A DNA stretch of 64,000 bases, taken from NCBI RefSeq assembly GCF_009914755.1, contig NC_060944.1. One strand, 5' to 3'. The notes below the pieces were generated by a model, which saw only the letters and a list, made by a program, of their open reading frames with translations, was not told the origin of the DNA and did no database searches. This stretch comes from the human T2T-CHM13v2.0 reference genome, Homo sapiens. Positions 59,026-64,000 of the stretch are shown one piece after another; positions within the stretch are counted from its first letter, which is position 1, and every line of letters begins with the position of its first letter. The position numbers and the translations under genes are program-made.

Positions 59026-62000
59026 ATGCTCCTGCCAGGCCTTCAGAAATTGCATGGCCACTCCAGCGTCATCGGACTCTCTCTTATTACAAAGATCACT
59101 GCCCAGGACCATCTTCCCGAGAAGCATCCCTTAGCCTAAAATCCACACCAAAGGGAGAGTTCCAGAGGAATCCATGAAGAATTCCCATGCCCAGGCTCCA
59201 TGTGTCATGTGGAAACCTCCACAGGTCTGCTAGTGAAGAATGCATGTATGTGAGATTTTTGTTTTCTTTCCAATAGCAAATTCAAAGCAAGCAACTTGCA
59301 GGCTCCATGGAACTTTTAATGAAGGACAGTGTCTTCTTTGAAGAAAATCAAGCTCGTGTTTTTATTCGAAGCTCTGGTGTAAAATATTTCAAAGTCATAG
59401 AAATAGTTTGAGAAATGCATAGCATTATTTAACACTATTGAACAGCCGACTTTGAGCATTGTTTCTTCTAACTGCCCCTCAACTACCATTATCTTCAAGT
59501 CAACATGCATATTACATTTTCATCCTTTGCTTTGCAAGCACTGGTGGCTTGCAGTTTGCTAATTTATTTATCATAGAGTCATCAATGTATTTGTTGCTGA
59601 CATGGTTTTATTAGATACTGTAGTGATTCAAATAAGTTTTCTATTTGAAAAAAAAAATCACTTGATTGTATCCTTGCCCAGTGAAGCCATCCTAAGACTT
59701 AGCAATATGGATTGTACATTTGGCTGCATGAGCAAGTCGGCCGCACACTTCCAGACAGTGTGCTGTTTGAATTGACTATTTGCACTCAAAGTCTGGGTAT
59801 TCATTGGTTATTGGCCTGAAATGATCAAATAACTACAAATGATCTGTTGAATAAAAATAGTTGAGCTGATATATGTTAAGCAGATATTCAATCAGAATGA
59901 ACAGGTTCCGGTGGTTATTTTGCCGTTTGACATTTTTTATGGTTCATTTATTTTTAATATAGAGAGGAAGATTGAATATTTATCTAGAGAATACAAAGAC
60001 CCACATGTAAATGATAGGTATTATCTCCATGTATATATGTACCCACTTAGTCATGTAAGTGCATATACACATACACACACATGAGTGTAGACATGTGTTT
60101 ATTAATTGACAATGACCCAAATCTCTTCCACAAGACTTAAAACCAAATTCAGGGACAAATGGATAGAGAAGAAAAGGGTCAAACATCGAGATTACATGGA
60201 TGTTAAATTATATGGAGACGCTAAGAAATAATTGATGGAGCCATTGATGCAAACCGAAGTAGATTTAGAACTTATATGAATTTGATTTATATTTTGCAAG
60301 ATCAAAAATTAGATGTTAAGTATCAGATTTTAAGCTTGTTTTAATGGTCAAAAAATTAGGACAGAAATAATATGGACATTTATTAGTATCTTCCATAATT
60401 TTTAAGTCTGACACATTTCTATTTTATTCTAACATAAAAAAACTTCCATTATATATTTACTAAGTATATTTAATTCACTTAACTCTGTCTTTATAAGTTC
60501 CTATTTTAGATGGAATAAGAGAAACAAATTATATCAAGGTAAAACTGATCAAAAGCATAATTGAAAGTTCTGAAAAAAGAAAAATAATAATATGTAGAAA
60601 AATGTAACTTAGAGAGTAACACATGAACATTGAAGTTAAAACCCAGAAGCCAGATGCTCACAGTTTTATTTTACTTTAAAATAAACCTGTCTGACTGTAG
60701 CTTTGCGAAATATCTTAAAACGCAAAAACCAGTTGTGTCCTGAAAATTGTTTCAAGAATTTAATATTTTTATGAAAATTATTTTATTTAACTTTAAGCAA
60801 TAACTAGAGATTACAATTAAATTTTAATCAAAATGAAGGCTTAGTTCAAACATAAGGAAACAGTGTTTGATTAAAAAAAACACATCTAGTAAGACGTAAG
60901 GGGAAAATCACATCCTCTTTGGAGATGATTATATTTTGATCTGAAGGGTTTGGGGTGTTCATTAGACACTTAATAAAAACTTCCAATGAAAAAGAAATCT
61001 TTTGTAAATCATTCTACTTTTGCACTTTGAAAGAAAGGCGTTAATCATAAAGAAGCAAGAATGGTCAAAATCGAATGCTGCATTTTTATAAACAAAATTA
61101 CAGACTGTCTGAAATTGAAGAAGAATGAACTAATAATAGCATTCATAACCAAACACAATGATGATTATTGCAGAACATTGTATCACATTTTAGTCCAGAG
61201 ATAGAATAAAGTTGAATAACCTTGACTTACACAAAACTGTTTTGGTAGTTGGATTTCATTATCTTAGTGAATTTAGTCATTTTACAATATGTTTGTATTT
61301 GGCCATTTACTGTAATCACATTTTTATATCTGTACAATGACACTTTTTGCAGTTGTGGGGTAGTGTGTAACACTGTCCATCTTGCATCATTGAAACTACT
61401 ACAATGATACTATCATTTAATAATATTAATATTACTTGAAATAGACTAAGATAAAGAAAAGGGGTCTGTATGATGTGCAGTTTTGTGCCTTTATGTATTT
61501 GCCTTGTTCTTTGTCGAATGTGTGAAATTCTGTACTGTGGTTTTTCCTATAATAGAAAGTAGAGCTGTGTATTAAATTAGACTGTGTCTCTCTGATACCT
61601 TTACACTACTGAGAATAGCATGGTTTTGGCCATGTAAACCAATTTTCAAAGTTCTAATGACATAGCCATGTGTTTTTGGTTTTTTATATTTCATTTTAAA
61701 ATTTGAGTATCACCATACATTAATTAATACTCCTGTAGTAGATAAGCTGTCATTAAGTAATTCCCAAAAAAAGGGCCATTTGCTTGCATTACTTTGAATT
61801 TAATGTTGCGCTTGTGCACTGTGTTAATATTGTTTGTGATGGATTGGACGTTGTGACTCTTGCCTTTTAAGAAGAAAAAAAAGATAGGACAAAGTATTTG
61901 AAGCTCTTAAAATGTACATATTTTGGTTCTTCTATCTCAAATTATTTAAAATGCATAATTCACATTTTTGTAATAATTCTATGCAATTTTGTGGCATGAT

Positions 62001-62072
62001 GTTTCTTCCACTTGTAATTTTATGTGCTTTCATCACAAATCCAAAGGAAAGAATAAAAATTTCTTAACACAA
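59026..62072 (+). other. PLCB1: PLCB1 3'UTR (~3 kb, AU-rich, free of interspersed repeats)
   Basis: Follows the stop codon, has no recognisable transposons, and ends at an AATAAA with upstream TGTA elements. Confidence 0.85.
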
Positions 62073-62095
62073 CCCAGCGGTTATTTCTTGGGGTC
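62052..62095 (+). terminator. Polyadenylation signal AATAAA (62052-62057), cleavage ~62070, downstream U/GU-rich element
   Basis: gAATAAAaatttcttaacaca followed by ggttatttcttgggg; composition shifts immediately afterwards. Confidence 0.8.
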
Positions 62096-62629
62096 AGAGT
62101 CAACCTTCTTTTGACAGGGAAAGTGGTGGGAGCGGGCATAATGCCAGTCTTTAGGGCCATCATGCCTACCCTGACAGGGCACATCCATGCCTGTAAAGGA
62201 TATTGGGATGCTGCAATGTGTGTGCCAGAGGACACAGTTGTCCTTGCTATCATTCCACCACCCTCCATCCAGGAGTGGAATTACACTTGCCATTGTTTGC
62301 GTAATGGAGACCCTCTCTTCCTTTCTCTCTCCCTTCCTTTCTCCCTGTCTTCCTTGACCAAAGTTAAGCAAGGCAAAACAGTCAAAAGTTTTCTGACATA
62401 AGTTGCAGTGACAAGAACTGACAGAGCACTTGATGTAAATTTTCTTATAAAACAGATTTTAAAAGTGTTTACAATATTGATAGGATAAGAAATGTATGTG
62501 TGAGTTTTATGTAAATGTTCCAGAGGCACCCCAAATGCAATGTATTAGGTACTTATTTCTGTGTTACAAATGGCTCTAAAATCTAGGGGCTTAAAACAAT
62601 CAGAATTATCTCTTATCTCTTAGCTTCTC

Positions 62630-64000
62630 AAAAAAAAATGTGTGGGTACCTAGTAGGTATATATATTTATAGGGTACATGAGAGAGAGATGTTGATACAG
62701 GCATAAAATGTGTAATAATTACATTAGGGTAAATGGGGTATCCATCACCTCAAGCATTTATCCTTTCCTTGTGTTAGAAACAATCCAATTATACGCTTCT
62801 AATTATTTTTAAATGCACAAGTTAATTGACTGTACTCACCCTGTTGTGCTATCAAACACTAGATCTTATTCATTCTGTCTAACTACATTTTTGCTCGTAT
62901 TAATCATCCTCACTCCCTCTTTTCCCCAACTACCCTTCCCAGCCTCTGGTAACCATCCTTCCACTCTCTATCTTCATGAGTTCAGCTATTTTAATTTTTA
63001 TATCTTAAGAATAAGTAGGACATGTGACGTTCGTCTTTCTGTGCCTGGCTTATTTCACTTACCGTAATGACCTCTGGTTCCATCTACGTTGTTGCGAATG
63101 ACAGGATCTCATTTTTAATGGCTGAATCGTACTCCATTGTATATATGTTATCATGTTTCCTTTATCCAGTCATCTGTTGATGGACACTTAGATTACTTTC
63201 AAATCTTGGCTATGATAAACAGTGCTGCAACAAACATGGTAGTGCAGATATCTCTTCAATGTACTAATTTCTTTTCTTTTGTATATGCCTAGAAATGGGA
63301 TTGCTGGATCATATGGTAGCTCTACTTTTAGTTTCCCAATGAATCTCCAAACTGTTCTCCATAGTGCTTGCACTAATTTACATTCCCACCAATAGTTTAC
63401 AAGGCTTCCCTTTTCTCCTCATTCTCATCAGCATTTATTTTTCTCTGTCTTTTGGATAAAAGCCATTTTAACTGGGATAAGATGATATCTCATTGTAGTT
63501 GTTTGATTTGCATTTCTCTGATAATCAATGAGGTAGAGTATACCCGTTTGCCATTTGTATGTCATCTTTTGAAAAAATGTCTATTCAGATCTTTTGCTCA
63601 TTTTTAAATTGGATGGATTTCTTTTCTATAGAATTGTTTGAGCTACTTATATATTCTGCTTATTAATCCCTTGGGAGCTGGGAAGTCTTAAAATGTTTTC
63701 TCCCATTCTGTGGATTGTCTCTTCACTTTGTTGATTGTTTCCTTTTCTGTGTAGAAGATTTTTAATCTGTGTGATCCCACTTGTCTATTTTCCCCCCAGT
63801 TGCCTGCACTTGTGGGGTATTCCTTAAGAAATCTTTGTCCACTTCAATGTCCTGGAGAGTTTCCCCAATATTTTATCTTAGTAGTTTCATAGTTTCAGGT
63901 CTTAGATTTAAGTCTTTAGTCCATTTTGATTTGATGTTTGTATATGGTGAGAGATAGAGGTCAAGTTTTATTGTTCTGTATATGGATATACAGTTTTCCC
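62630..64000 (-). mobile_element. L1MA 3' region continuing beyond the window
   Basis: ORF 63188-63373(-) WRTVWRF...[13 protein letters not shown] is the L1 ORF2 C-terminus; L1MA 3'UTR signature. Confidence 0.9.

Overview
Human (primate) genomic DNA covering the 3' end of PLCB1 on the + strand. About 58.8 kb of the very long last intron is followed by the terminal coding exon of isoform PLCB1a (58798-59025, ending in the PDZ-binding motif DTPL) and a ~3 kb 3'UTR with a poly(A) signal at 62052. The intron is filled with repeats (Alu, L1, L2, MIR, MaLR/ERVL/ERV1 LTRs, MER DNA transposons, a decayed HERV-L provirus). It also carries a sense-oriented U17/SNORA73-like snoRNA copy (RNU105B) with intact functional boxes. 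The most unusual structures are a ~99% identical 348-bp inverted duplication with an A/T-rich junction (28911-30956), a TSD-flanked ~52-nt mini-retroposon (9032-9245), a 42-bp locally templated insertion (52476 vs 54084) and two different Alus inserted at exactly the same site. All other ORFs in the track look like repeat-derived or chance ORFs. I found no convincing new protein-coding system. Repeat subfamily names come from recalled consensus sequences and boundaries are approximate unless a TSD is cited.
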